Part shown: piece by piece, positions 18,601 through 32,700 of the stretch
Numbering within the stretch: position 1 is the stretch's first letter
Layout of the letters: each line of letters starts with the position of its first letter
Assembly (NCBI GenBank): GCA_951406725.2
Contig: OX597820.1
Coordinates: 106,888,001 to 106,952,000 of the forward strand
Source: Octopus vulgaris
Taxonomy: Eukaryota
Reading direction: 5' to 3'
DNA: 64,000 nucleotides
Program-made: the position numbers and the translations under genes
The notes under the pieces: model-generated
Databases searched by the model: none
Told to the model about the DNA's origin: nothing
What the model saw: only the letters and a program-made list of their open reading frames with translations

Positions 18601-21600
18601 TGACTTAAAATGGTCGAACTCGAACAGAAATTGTCTGGTAATTGCCATTTGAAAGGAAATTTTGTTTTCACTATAAAATACATATTGCTAGGTTTGTATC
18701 ACCCCCTTGAGACCCAACTACACTTTAGCTAAGAAAACTAAATATATATTGCATGTACCAAAATAATTTTTATATGAAACAATAGCTGAAGGATGATAGA
18801 AGATACTATGTTAAAATTATATCCAAGAACCTCCAAGTATATAACTCTCCCTATTTCATTTTTCATGTTTTACAAAAACATCTCTGAAATCAACACTCAC
18901 TCTCTTTCTGTCAGTCGATAAGCAAAAAATATTTTAAAATCTATTAAAAATCAAAAACAAAATGGTAAAGCTTCATTGAAACAGAAACTACTAATTTGGT
19001 GCTTTGCAAATAGGATTATAAAAAAATATTAAGAATTTTTTTTTTATCAAAAAGCAGTGTAAAATAACTTCTTTCAAAAAGGGGTGTTACATTTTTGCTA
19101 TCGATTAGTGTCAAGAAGGTCAACAGGAGTTACTTTCATCTGCCATCGGCATATCAGTTATTGCCCTTCCCTATCCACTCGCTTGTCAACACCTGTGTGG
19201 ACAAGGGAGAGAGAAAAGTGAATTTAAACCTTGCAGGACCAAACAATATCTTTATTTTTTGCAGATTTTTATTTTTTACTATTTTTACAACTCTAAAAGC
19301 ATGCATTACGACTACGAGCCAGTTGGCTTTTGTTTTTCCCAGGCAGTGGTAAAAACAAAAGTTCCGAAAGTGATTAAATAAATTTAATTGGTTTATAACT
19401 TTGTTAAATCAATTTTTCAATACCCTTATCAATATGGCAAGAGGTTATAAAAATCCTATAAAAAGAAGTGCTGGTGAACGTGCTTTGTTTGATGAAAAAT
19501 GAAATGAGCTTTATTTTTTTATTGAAATAGGTAACAAGTGCATTTGTCTTGTTTGCAAAAACAAGCAGCTGTTCAGAAAAAAACATAATATTGAAAGATT
19601 TTGTGAGTCAGCATAAAACCTATGAAAATTTGAAAGAATCTGAACGTTTAGGCAAGATAGCCTCCTTGAAAGAATATCTGACCAAAAAACACTTTTTTAA
19701 AAAGGCTTATTCTTGAAAGTGAATCACTTACTCATGCTAGTTATGTGGTATGCGAAAAAAACTCTGACCACATAACGATGGTGAATCTATGAAAGAATCC
19801 TTACTGCTGTTGAGAATATATTCCCAGAAAAACCTAGTTTGTTTGGAAATAGTAGCTTATCAAGAAAAACTGTTTCTGATTGTATTAAAGATGTTGCTGA
19901 GGAAATTCTCTAAAATCTGATTCAGCAGAATTCGCATTGTGTTCATTAGCTATTGATGAGACAACTGATCTGTCTAATACTGCTCAAATGGCAATATTTA
20001 TACATGCAATAATTGCAAAATTCAACATTTGGGAAGAATTTCTTGCCTTGAAATCAATGCATGGAACAACTAGAGGTGAAGATTTATTCCAAATGGTCGA
20101 CTCAGCCTTAAAAGATTTTGATTTACCATATAAAAAAATGAGTGGTCTTGCTACAGATGGCGCTCCATCTATGGTAGGTCATGAGAAAGAGTTCATAGCT
20201 CTGATTAAGAATGAATTTAAGAAGTGTCTTCTGGATCTGGAAACTTTGTGTCGCTGCTTTATTCATATGTGCAAAATCTCAAGATGGGCAATGTAATGAA
20301 AGTTGTAACTAAGGCCGTTAATTTGATAAAAAGCAAACGGTTGAATAATAGGGAATTTAAAGAATTTTCGAAAGATCTTGAAACTGAATATGGGGATTTA
20401 TTGTACCATTGTGAAACTAAGTGGTTAAGTAAGGTCTAAATCCTTAAGCGATTCTATAAACTGAAGGAAGAAGTGTTCCTATTATAGAATTGGAAGATAA
20501 AAAGTTTCAAAGTGATTTAACATTTTTAGTAGATATAACTAGTCAATTAAATAATTTGAACTTGAAACTACAAGGCTCCAATCAGCAAATAACCAGTTTG
20601 CTTTCTCGTATCAAAAGCTTTGAGTTGATGCTTTATTTGTCGTACATTGGAAAAGAAAGTGTTTCACACATTTTCTGAAATTGAGTGAACAAAATCCCAA
20701 ATCAACAAAGGAATATTGTAATGAGTGTGGAAGTCTTTTGAAGAAATTTGAAAGCAGATTTGAAGAAATACAGGATAAAATCGAACTACATGTTTTTGAA
20801 ACACCATTTAATGTGTGTCCTGAGGAGGCTCCGGATTCCTTCCAATCAGAATTAATTGATTTGCAGTTGGATAACTTAATAAAATTAAAATATTATAATC
20901 TGTCTTTATTGGAATTCTACAAACCCATCAATCCTGAGAAATTCCCTGCTTTACATAAAAATGCCTTGAAATTCACATCTCAATTTTTGACAACTTATCT
21001 ATGTGAGCAGTTTTTTCCAAATTGAATTATGCAAAAAATTGTCTTCATACCAGACTTACTAATAAAAACCTGAGTAATGAACTAAGAATAGCAGTTTCTT
21101 CAGATGTGATATTCCTAAACTTTTTTAAAAAGAAGGAAAAAAAAAACAGTTTCATCTTTTCACTAAACAAAACCAAATTTTAAAGTTAAGGTTAATTTGC
21201 TTTGATAAAATTATCACTAGGATAAATTTGTTTAAATATGCCATTTACATATAATAAATAATATAAATGTCCTAAATTCAGTGGCAGCGTTAATGAAGAT
21301 GTTACGCATTAATTTAATATGTTAAACTTATCTTTATTAATGTTTTGAAAATTTCAAGAGTATTCTTTGAGAAAAGAAAGGTTTAGAGAGATATTCTTTC
21401 CTTTTGTTTTTCAGGCTTAACCTGTTGGGAAATGGAGAATTTCCTCCCCAACCAAGTTGAAGATAGTGAGTAATATTTTACATTCATCATCATTTAACAT
21501 CTGTCTTCTATGCTGGCATGAGTTACATTGTTCAACTAGATTCGACTAATCTGACGGTTGTGTTGGTTTCCAATGTCTGCTTTGGCAAGATTTCTAAGGG

Positions 21601-24600
21601 TGGTGCCCTTAGTGATGCTAATGATTTTATACATGTATTTGGTGTAATCTTTTGTGGCATTGGCACTAGTGAGATCACCAAGTAACTCACAAAATAAGAC
21701 CTCTCTACTGAGTGGGTGTGTGCATGCACACACATATATACACACGACAGGCTTCCTTCAGTTTCCGTCTTTCATATCCACTCACAAAGCTTTGACCAGC
21801 CGAAGGATATGGTAGAAGACCCTTGCCCAAACTCTTTGTATAAAGAAAGAAAAAAGATATTTGGAACATTTTTTTTATGGAGGTTTAGCAATTTTGGTGA
21901 TCTGTTAAGAATATTTCTACCAAATTCAAGCATCAGAAATTAATAAATTCCTTTCAAAAAGCCAATCTATTCTTATTTTTATTTTCTTGTAACTGAATTT
22001 ATTTTTAAAATATTAGAATATTTCAGTGTAGATAGATTTCATCTGAACACATTTGAGAGATTTGAAAATATTCTCTTGCTAGAAAATAGAGATGTATTTG
22101 CTAAAATCTAATCAGTTCTTTGAAGCTGTAAAATGTTTTAGAGAGTTGCTGATTTTACTATATTTTCTTCATTATCATCAGTTTTGTGGCTATTGTTTGT
22201 CAAAGTAGTATGTTAAAAGTATGAATTACAGCACTGCAGCTCTTCACATATCTAATGTAGCAGTGACATGACTTCTAATGTAGCACTGCCATGACCTTTA
22301 CTGTAGCAGTGCTACGACCTTCACTGTAACTGTAGCAGTGCTACGACCTCTACTTTAGCAGTGCTTCAACCTCTACTGTATCAGTGCTTCGACCTCTACT
22401 GTAGCAGTGCTATGACCCCTACTGTGGTAGTGCTACAACATCTACTGTGGCAGTGCTACAACCTCTTATGTAGCAGTACCATGGCTTCTAATGTAGCAGT
22501 GCTACGACCTCTGATGTGGCGGTGCTACGACCTCTACTGTAGCAGTGCTATGGCCTCTACTGTAGCAGTGCTACGGCCTCTACTGTAGCAGTACTACAAC
22601 CTATACTGTAGCAGTGCTGTGGCCTCTAATGTAGCAGTGCTACGGCCTCTACTGTAGTACTGCCACGACTTCTACTGTAACAGTGCCATGACCACTACTG
22701 TAGCAGCGCTATGACCTCGAATGTGACAGTGCCACAACCTCAAATGTGGCAATACTAACAGTAGTTTTTCCAGCTTTGAGGTTTTGGCTGAGGCTTATAT
22801 TTACTGGTAACCCTTTACTGGTAGCTCTTTGGTTATGTGACAGATTATCCCATCTCTAGAAAGATATCTCTCACCTGATTTGGTAATGTTTCTACTGAAG
22901 TTGAAATAAAAATGATTGTGCAGCTAGGTTTTATCATGTAATTAAGGTAGATGACTTCTTTTTAATGCCCACTTTTCCATGTTTGCATGGGTTAGGTGGA
23001 ATCTGTTGAAACAGATTTTCTCTTGCTGAATGATCCTTCCTGTTACTAATCTTCACTTGTTTGCCAGAAATGTTTTCCACAAAAAAAAAAAAAAATCAAC
23101 AATACTTGTATGATATTGACACTTGTTTACAATCATCCTGTGATGTCAAAATAAAGGTAAGCACACAGACACACACACAGAGGTTTCTTTCAGTTTCTGT
23201 CTTCCAAATCCACTCACAAGCTCTGGTGCTATATTAGAAGACTGTCACCCAAGCTGCTATGCAATAGGACTGGACCCCAAAACCTCATGGTTGGGGAGCA
23301 AGTTTCTTAACCACACAGCTATGCCTGGCTTTATTTATGACAACATAGTGATGGTTGCTAGCGAAATTGTTTATAGATTCTTTTTTTTCTGCATTACATA
23401 ACAAACAAAATTTCCTAATTAAATGTTTTTTATTATTTCATCATGTGGCAATTACCAAGTGAATCATACTTTTTATTTGCATAGGTCTAATTGGTAAATT
23501 TTATGAAGCTGACTGTTATATTATATTATGGACATTCTTTGAAGAAAATAGAACATTAAGCTGGCAAATATATTATTGGATTGGTGATAAAGCTCCAGTA
23601 AGTATATCATATCAAAGTATATATGGCTTAGATATTTTTCAAAAAATTTCAACTCTCATCAATTTCATTAAATGAAAAACCACTTGAAACAAATTAACTT
23701 CATTTAAATTCAAGTGAAAATTCAATGAATGTATATATTAAATATTTCATCATTAAGTATATTTGCTGTTATGATCTAATTTTAAAGTAAATCTTTGCTT
23801 TTTATTGATGTTTTCTCCCCACTTTTTCTTCATTAAATTTAGCTTGACAAAAAAGCTTGTGCTGCCATACATGCTGTGAACCTTCGAAATTTGCTTGGAG
23901 CCGAAACAAGAACCATTCGTGAAGAGATGAATGATGAAGATGATGACTTCTTAGATTTATTTGAGAATGGTATTTCGTACATTGATGGGGGGAGGACAAC
24001 TAGTGGTTTTTATACAGTTGAAGATATTGTGAGTATGATTTTATAAATCTTTTAAAAGTACAGTGAAGCTTATTTACAATATATTTATTACGTACAATTT
24101 TATATATATATAAAACCGAATCGACCAAGCTACCAGATGTGAAATGTCACTGGTCACAATGCACTTCCTTGCATTGTTTTAGCTTTTGCATGATGACACT
24201 CTAGAGGCTATGTGGACTGGCCATCATTCTTCCTAAATGGAACACTAGTCCATCACAGGGTTACCCATTTACAACTAAGTGGAATGGGGCACACATGCAT
24301 TACAACCAGCACACAAAGGAAAAAAAAAAAACCACTGTGCCTACAAGATTTTTCTAGATAAAATTAAATTTCGTTTTTAACTGAAGATGGTTACTTGTAC
24401 AGATGTGCACATGGTTTGCAAAGAAAGATAAAATTTGCACACAAGTAAATTTCTGTGAACACCTACAGCAAAAAAAGAATTTTTAATTAAAGGGAACATT
24501 GGTAGATACATTCATCTAAGTAAATAAATGTAATGTGATTTATTTATCTCCTTTCTCTAGATAAACTAAAAATACTTCAGGCAGACACATTTAACTTGTT

Positions 24601-27600
24601 AGAACAAAAATATTTAAGACACAGTTAATTATGTATGTCTCTAAGATACGTTCTATATTTTTCAGTATAAACACATTTTCCCTTAACTTTATATTATGTA
24701 GGTCACTTTACTCTGAAAGCACAAAATTTACTATTATAAGAAGTCATGTTGTTCTTCTTGTCCCTAGGCAAGGCACATTTTACCTTACTTGTCAAAACCG
24801 CATTTGATTTTATGTCTTGTATCTTCCATGCCTCTGAGGCAAGGTGTATTGTCAAGTTACCTGGAAGCAAGACACATCATTATGATTGCCTCAAAGTAAG
24901 GCCAATTACTCTGCTTTCAGTGTAACCAGGTTATTTTATATTCTTTTAGCTTCTTATGTTCTGAGTTCAACTTTGTTTTTCATCCCTCCAGTGACAATAA
25001 AATAATGTACCAATCAAGTACTTGGCCAGTGGAATTGACTTGTACCGTCTCCTCAAAATTGCTGGCATTGTGCCAAAAATGAAAACCATTATTTTTCACA
25101 GCATGACAGGAAAGAACATACTTCCAGTGTGTAGAAAAGATAGTTGGCTCTAAAGATAACATCTTAAGTATTTGTTATGGGAGAACCCTGTACACCCCCA
25201 CATGACTGAAAGTTTACTAAATGGATTTGAATAGATAAAGAATTGCATGAACTGTCAGTGGAAGTTGACAGCGTTGGTCGTCTGTATTGGTTACTGTGTT
25301 AGTTTAATATCGTAACTATGTTGGAGCAGTATGAAGTGCATTCTGTGTGAACAAAAATTCTGCGATAAGTTATTCTAGATAACCATATCCAAATATTTAG
25401 TGGGTAGTACTATTCTTACCCCCAATGTGTACATGCACATCATAACAGTATTCTTGCAAAATGTCATCATTTACAGAAACACTGGAAGACGTGTAAAAAT
25501 GTCAAATAAAAATATTTAATATTGTAACAAGAAAAATTTGTTGAATACAAGTCAATTGTAATAGTCAATATAACAAATTTACATTTAGCTCTGACTGAAG
25601 TTATAAGAATTTATGTCTATATTTCTTTAAAAAAGCCATCTTTGGTAACAAAATTGTATTTATTTCAGGGATTCGATAAAAAACTGTATCGTACATCAGG
25701 AACTTTAAAATTACATTTGGAAAGAGTAAGTGAATTGAATTTTTTTTTTTATAATGTACATTAATCTGGGAAATTATTGATACTATTATTAGATTGTGTA
25801 AATTGAGATAAATCAGATGAAATGTGTTAAAGTGTTCAGTTTTTCTGTATTTCATCCTCGTTATTTTAATGTCCACTCTTCCGTGCTTGCATGGGTCTAA
25901 TGGATTTTGTTGAGGCAAATTTTCTACAATCACATGTCCTTCTATATGATTTCAAAGTAATATTTTCTCATAGCTGGACATGTTTTTATTAGAAAATTGA
26001 AAATGAACAAAATCTTGCAAACTACATGGCAACCTCACTAATGCTGGTGGCATGAAAAAAAAAACCCCATCCAGTACACATTGTAAAATGGTTGGCTTTA
26101 GGAAAAGCTTTCAGCCATAGAAGTCATGCCAAAACAGACATTGGCACACAGCACAGTCCTCAGACATGTCAGTTCCTGTCAAACAATCTGACTCATGTCA
26201 GCATGAAAGACAGACGCTAAGTGTTCAGTTTCTCTAATTATAAGTCTTAATTTTTTTTTTTCACTTAATTCATCCAAAAAAGAGAGAGAATTTTCTCCCA
26301 AATTGTTGATGTCCCTACATCAGATTTTCAGGTTGGTACTTGTAGAGAAAATATGGAAAGGGAGAGCTTTGAGCAAGGTATTTAGTACAAGGTTTTGATA
26401 GCAAGATAGTGTTTCTCAAAGTTTCTCATGTTGTATTCTATGTTCTCTATTTGATCTGGTTTCTCTATTCTTTCATATTTTTTGTTCTTTCTTTACTACA
26501 GTGTGATATGAATGCTACTGCATTAGATCCTCGCTTTGTATTCTTGTTTGATACTGGTCTCACTATTTATATTTGGGAGGGCCACAAAGCAAAAGGTGTA
26601 ACCAAAACAAAGACCAGGTAAACTTATTTCATTATTATGCATAAAGTAATTTTGGAAGCAATTAAATTTTTGCTTACTGTTAAAAAAAAGAATACATTTA
26701 TTAAAGAATTTGCCTATCTCACCTTAAAAGCTAAAATCTTGAATCTATAAGTATGATGTTGTTGATGACTGTAGATATGGCTGAGGAAGTTCAAATGAAG
26801 AACAGGAAAATTTACTATATCTAGTTCTCTGTTTCAATAACTTGTGGTGCTAACTACTAGTGAAGTAGAGCCTTCACCTTGTTAAAATAATTTCAGTCCC
26901 AAATGAAAAGAAATTAGTATTTTAATTGAAACTGCATTTTATTTACATTTCTAATAAATGTTGACCAGGTTTTGGAATGTAATTTTCTTTCTCTTGCAAC
27001 ATTTGAAAGATACATTGAAATTTTTTTTTTTTTTAAGTTTCAGCTCAGAGCTGAAAACGAATGTTATCTTTTTAGAACATTTGGGCCTTTTTAAAAATTT
27101 TCTTTTTCAAATTAACAGGTTAATTGCTGAGAAAATCAATAAAAATGAAAGAAAAAACAAAGCTGAAATAGTGATGCTAAAACAGGGTATGAATGATACT
27201 GACTTCTGGAGAAAGATTGGAGGTCTACACGCTTCATACCAACTCAGAGTAAGTCTTTTTACACTTGGCTGTTTCATGAATGTTTAAATTGTATTCATTA
27301 TTTTATTTAATATGCACAAGTATGATACTTTATTTTATTAAATATTTTATTTCTCTCCTACAAATGTGATAGAGCTGTCAACATTATTTTTTTGCAATTT
27401 ATTAGAAATGTTTTACACCTTTAACTCCACTAAGTTTGCACTTAATGAAGCAATCAATATTGAAATTATTTTGGTATTTAGCTGTTATTTCTAGAGCTGC
27501 TGACAGCAAGAATTCAGGACATAGCTAGCCATAGCAAAACATCCACGGAAAAGGTTAATAACATCTGGAGCAGCAAAAGTGTCCCCAAAACAAGGCTAGT

Positions 27601-29338
27601 GTGAGAAACTTGTTTAACCAATGGGTATTTATGGTTGGTTGTGGAGCATGGACTCTGAGCAGATTAGTAGAGAACATAATCGTAATAGAATTTGAAATTG
27701 AACCAAATTCAATGACTGGCACCCATGCCAACCTCCCTTCATTGGACACTAAACTCTGCTTGCGAAGACCTGTTGGGGCAAGTGAAATCGAAATTGAACC
27801 AAATTCGATGACTGCCACCCGTGCCAGTGGAGCGCTAACAGCTCCATCCGAGTGGGATCACTGCCAGAGCAACTGTCTGGCTTCCGTGCCAGTGAGCACA
27901 TAAAAAGCACCATTTGAGCATGATCGTTACCAGCGTCGCCTTACTGGCACGTGAACAAAACATTCGAGCGAGATCATTGCCAGTGCCACTGGACTGACTC
28001 TTGTGCAAGTGGCAAGTAAAGAAACACATTTTGAGTACTGCCAGACTGGCCCCCGTGCAGGTGGCACGTAAAAGCACTCTCGGAGTGGTTGGGGTTAGGA
28101 AGGGCATCCAGCTGTGGAAGCTCTGCCAGATCAGATTGGAGCCTGGCGCTGTCATCTGGTTCGCCAGTCCTCAGTCAAATCGTCCAACCCATGCTAGCAT
28201 GGAAAGCGGACATTAAAGGATGATGATGATGATATATACACACACTGTGCTTGAGGGGACCCTGTACTTAAGGAGACCTATTGAGTCAAGTACATCAACA
28301 TCAAAAATCAAATGGAAATTGTAGTTGTGATGCCTGTGCCGGTGGCACATAAAAAGCACTATCCGAACGTGGCCGATGCCAGCGCCGCCTTGACTGGCTT
28401 CCGTGCTGGTGGCACGTAAAAAGCACCCACTACACTCACAGAGTGGTTGGCGTTAGGAAGGGTATCCAGCTGTAGAAACACTGCCAGATCAGACTGGAAC
28501 CTGGTGCCGCCTCCTGGCTTCCCAGACCCCGGTGGAACCGTCCAACCCATGCTAGCATGGAAAACGGACATTAAACGATGATGATCATCATCATCATCAA
28601 TGCATTTGAAATGCGAGTGTATAGAAGAATGCTACAAGTCTTGTACAAGAAGTATCAAACAAATGAATGAGTGTTACATCATAAAAGTGAAAGACAACTG
28701 CTGAATATTATGAAAAAACAAAAGCTCATCTATTGTGACCATATTCGAAGAAGCAGAGGTTTGGAAAACATCATGAAAGGAAGAATGGAGGGTAGTAGAT
28801 CAAGAAGGCACGCAAAGAATGCAATGGCTGGGCAATATCATGAACTGGCTGGACAAGAGTGGTAAAGCAGCTGGAGATTTTTATTGGGTCATCAATGCAC
28901 TGCAGGTGTATGATACATGATGACAACAATGCTAACAGCTGAGAACTTTAATCTGTTAAAATAACTTTATTTTGAAAGTTTCAAATGCCACCAGCAGCAG
29001 TGGTCTTGAAAGATTTATTAAACAGAAAATTAATTTAGTTATGCTAAATTAATTTTCTGTTTAATAAATTAGTCATATTAGACACACACAAAGAATGTAA
29101 AAGAGAAGATACAAGTGTATCAGTTTCTGACTATAATTTTAATATTGGTTTGTTTTTAATTAACCCTTCTCTTTTTTCATACAGACATTTCAACTTCAAT
29201 TATTATTCTTGTATTCAGCTAAATTGACATCATCCTATAAACAATTTTCAGAAAAAAGTTTTAATAAGTAAGGGATGAAAAAGGAAGCATTTGGATATGA
29301 AGTTGTTCAAATTTATTAAAACTTGAATGTTTTTTTTT

Positions 29339-29403
<65 letters not shown>

Positions 29404-29761
29404 AAAAAGGAGATGTGGAACACGAGTTGTGATATATAAAAAAGGAAATGAAGAAAATGCTGACAAAATAATTTAAGTAAGGGAGAGTGTATTTAATTAG
29501 GTGAAAGTTCTTTTTACCGGTTGCGCATTTGTTATGCTTATCAAAAGATATTTTTTAAGAGAGATAGAGTTCCTTTCTGATAGATTTTTTGCTCTTATCT
29601 GTCAGATAAGAGAAAAAAATCTATCAGAAAGGAACTCTATCTCTCTTAAAAAAATATCTTTTGATAAGCATAACAAATGCGCAACCGGTAAAAAGAACTT
29701 TCACCTAATTAAATACACTCTCCCTTACTTAAATTATTTTGTCAGCATTTTCTTCATTTCC

Positions 29762-29799
<38 letters not shown>

Positions 29800-32700
29800 C
29801 ACATTCTGTTAAATAGCATTTATTTCTTCTAATGTAGAGGTTAGCAAGAAATGAAGCTTTAGATTTGAAGGTAAGCAGTGTGCCATCTTTGAATGTTAAA
29901 ACCATTGCATGTTATTTCAACATTTGGCCATATCTTCAGCATGTATCATTACTGTTTATTAATTCCTGGCTTTTACTACATATTTTAATTTAATGATTTC
30001 AGTTTACTAAGACTAAAAATATTCTGACAAAATCTTGAAACTGTTAAGAATTAATGCTAATGGAAGTTTGTTTTTTGTCTTTTCTTGTAATGTTTCTGAG
30101 TAATCTTGAGAATTACTTCATGTGTAACTTCGTATGGCTTGAATTGAAACTGTCTAGGATGTCTTCAAATTTGCAATATCTTCAAAAGTGTCTTACTTCT
30201 TTCAAGAGTATTCTGTATTATTCAACCTCATTTAAGGAATAACTATAACTACAGTCAACAAACAGTACTAAAGATATTGATGTCTTGGTGTGTGTGCTCA
30301 CACATAAAGTCATGCATGGTCTTGTTTTTTTGCTACAATCAGGTTTCTAGGAAATTTCAAAAATTAGCATGATGCTTTATTCACTGAGATTAATACAGTA
30401 ATTATTTGGAAGTTGGTTTTTGTCATCTTAAATTTCTTGAGATCATTTCAATTTTTACCTTTATTACTATACCATTTCTATTACTATTCTTAGATTTCTG
30501 CTTTACATATTCCAACACATTCAAAATTATATAAAAAGAGAAACAAACATTCCTTGGAGAACTAGAAGCAAGTCTTGTGATTAAGTTTCTAAATTCCAAA
30601 ACTTGTGTTTGTATCTGTGTCTACACAATGCACTCACATGTGAACATATATGTTTGCTTAATTTTTTTTTGTCAGTTTTCAATTGATTAAACTGCTTTTT
30701 TATATGTTTCTACTAATTAGCTTAATATTTTAAAAATAACTTTCATAATATTTTGATTTTGATTTCTTAGTTCCTTTCTTTTTTTCTTATTCCCAAGCTT
30801 AAAAACAAAATATAATCTTAATATTCTAAATAGATTGTTTCATTTTAGTAAAATTTTCATCTCTACTAAAAAAAATTTTCTTAGTTTATTGATCTTGGGA
30901 TCTCCCAATATAATATTCTGATGTATGTATTCTGCATAAGTTAAATGGTGACAAGTGAAAATTTTGTATATATAATAATAAATCCCACAAGTACTAATAC
31001 CCTTTTTTTTTTTCCATCATGCCCCAATATTACACTATTTTCCATAGTTAATATCTAAAGCGAAAACATAACTATATTTACAAAATAACATATATAGTTG
31101 ATATCTGATGATGTTTATATAGTGGGTTCTCTCACTGATTTTGACATTTGAGGGTCCAACAGTCAACTATTAGACTACTTATGCGAATGATTTGCTTTCA
31201 GTAGTGAAGGGTTGTGCAAGACTAGCCACACTTTTTGGAAAAGTTGATAGCAGAAAGTTGATGCAAATGTTTGCCATGAACTCAATGAACAACATAGTTC
31301 TCCTCTTCCTGGACAGTTTAACCCTGGTAGGTCAAGTGTGCACCCAGATAACAAATCAGAAATTTCTGTATATGTATGTAGCTATACTTAAGTTGTGTAG
31401 AAACGAGAGTCGATCTAATCTTGTGATTTAATCAACAGATCACTAGGTCAGAGTGAACCTGGTACACCTCTAGAACAGTTGTTTTTTTTATTCTTTAAGC
31501 TGAGAAAGAAGGGCAATAAGTTTGTGAGCCTTCCAGACTAATAAAATTGCTATTTTGGCCTAAACTTCTTTTGATCAGTTTGGGGAAAGAAAATATAGGT
31601 AGGGAAAATGTTCTAGAAAGCTTCATTTCTGGGACAGAATTTATAAATAAATATGTTTAACCCTTTAACATTCAGATTACTCTGTCAAATGTAATACTTA
31701 TTTATTTGCATGCATTACCTCATAGCTTTAAGATTTTGATGTGTTTATTTTTAGAATGACGTTGTAGGGTAGGTATGAGAGACCAAATCTAGCCAGTTTG
31801 AACAAAAAACAGGTAGAATATTTTGGTTGGATATAGCTGGTTCAAATGCTAAAGAGTTAATACAGTCTTTAATGTACTAGAGAAGATAAGAGTGACAGTG
31901 TTAATTGTAGTTGTAATAGAGATCAGCCTAAGATTATTGACTTACGTTTATAACTAATTTTAACTGTACTTTTCTCCACAAATATGTTTGTGTGACCTTC
32001 ATATAGTGACTTTTCTACATAGTGTTAGCTGTATCTGAGGTTCTTTCGGTACTTACAACGTTCGGGCTGTTGAGAAACATTTATGTGTAGGTATTTGCCA
32101 ATTTATCACATTACAACATTCCATAGAAGGATTTGAATTCATCACCTCGAATTTGCATTAGTTATGTAGTGTTTTTGGCGTTTACTGCTTTCATACCTAT
32201 TTGTAACTAGCTGAAGTAATCTGTTAAGAGCTACTGAGTACCAGAAACATTCTGCTGACAAAAACTATCATCTGTTGACTCATCAACAAGCTGTAATTTT
32301 TTTACTTTATTGACTGTAATGAAGAAGTCATCTCAAAATCTTAATAAAGCACATTTCAGCAGTGTGATGCTCCCTGAACCCATATTGATAAGAACATATC
32401 AATAACAACATACTGATCGTTTTTATGAATTTCATGTCTTCATACTTCAGTGGGGCAATGGAATAAAACATTCATCTGTAAATTGCCTTCTTTAACAAGT
32501 CTTGTATATATCTAAATTTGTACCCTCATCAAATTTATGTTCATCATCATAATGATCTGTTTGGGTTCTTGGCAGAACAGAAGCTCTTCACAGCATTCTT
32601 CTGTATTTTTCTTTCATATGGTTCTTTGTCATCCTTGATTGTCTTATTCATCTCACATTTCACAATTGGTTGGTCAGTAACTTCTTTTTTGGCTTTATCC

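Noticed and set aside
19434-21166. Domesticated GTF2IRD2/ZBED-like gene
   Set aside because: Numerous stops and frameshifts; it is a transposon fossil
22256-22750. Palindromic repeats resembling a CRISPR array
   Set aside because: Units are contiguous with no unique spacers, the context is a eukaryotic intron, and there are no cas genes
29501-29812. 103-aa ORF across the palindrome
   Set aside because: No recognisable domain, non-ATG start, and it ends in a microsatellite
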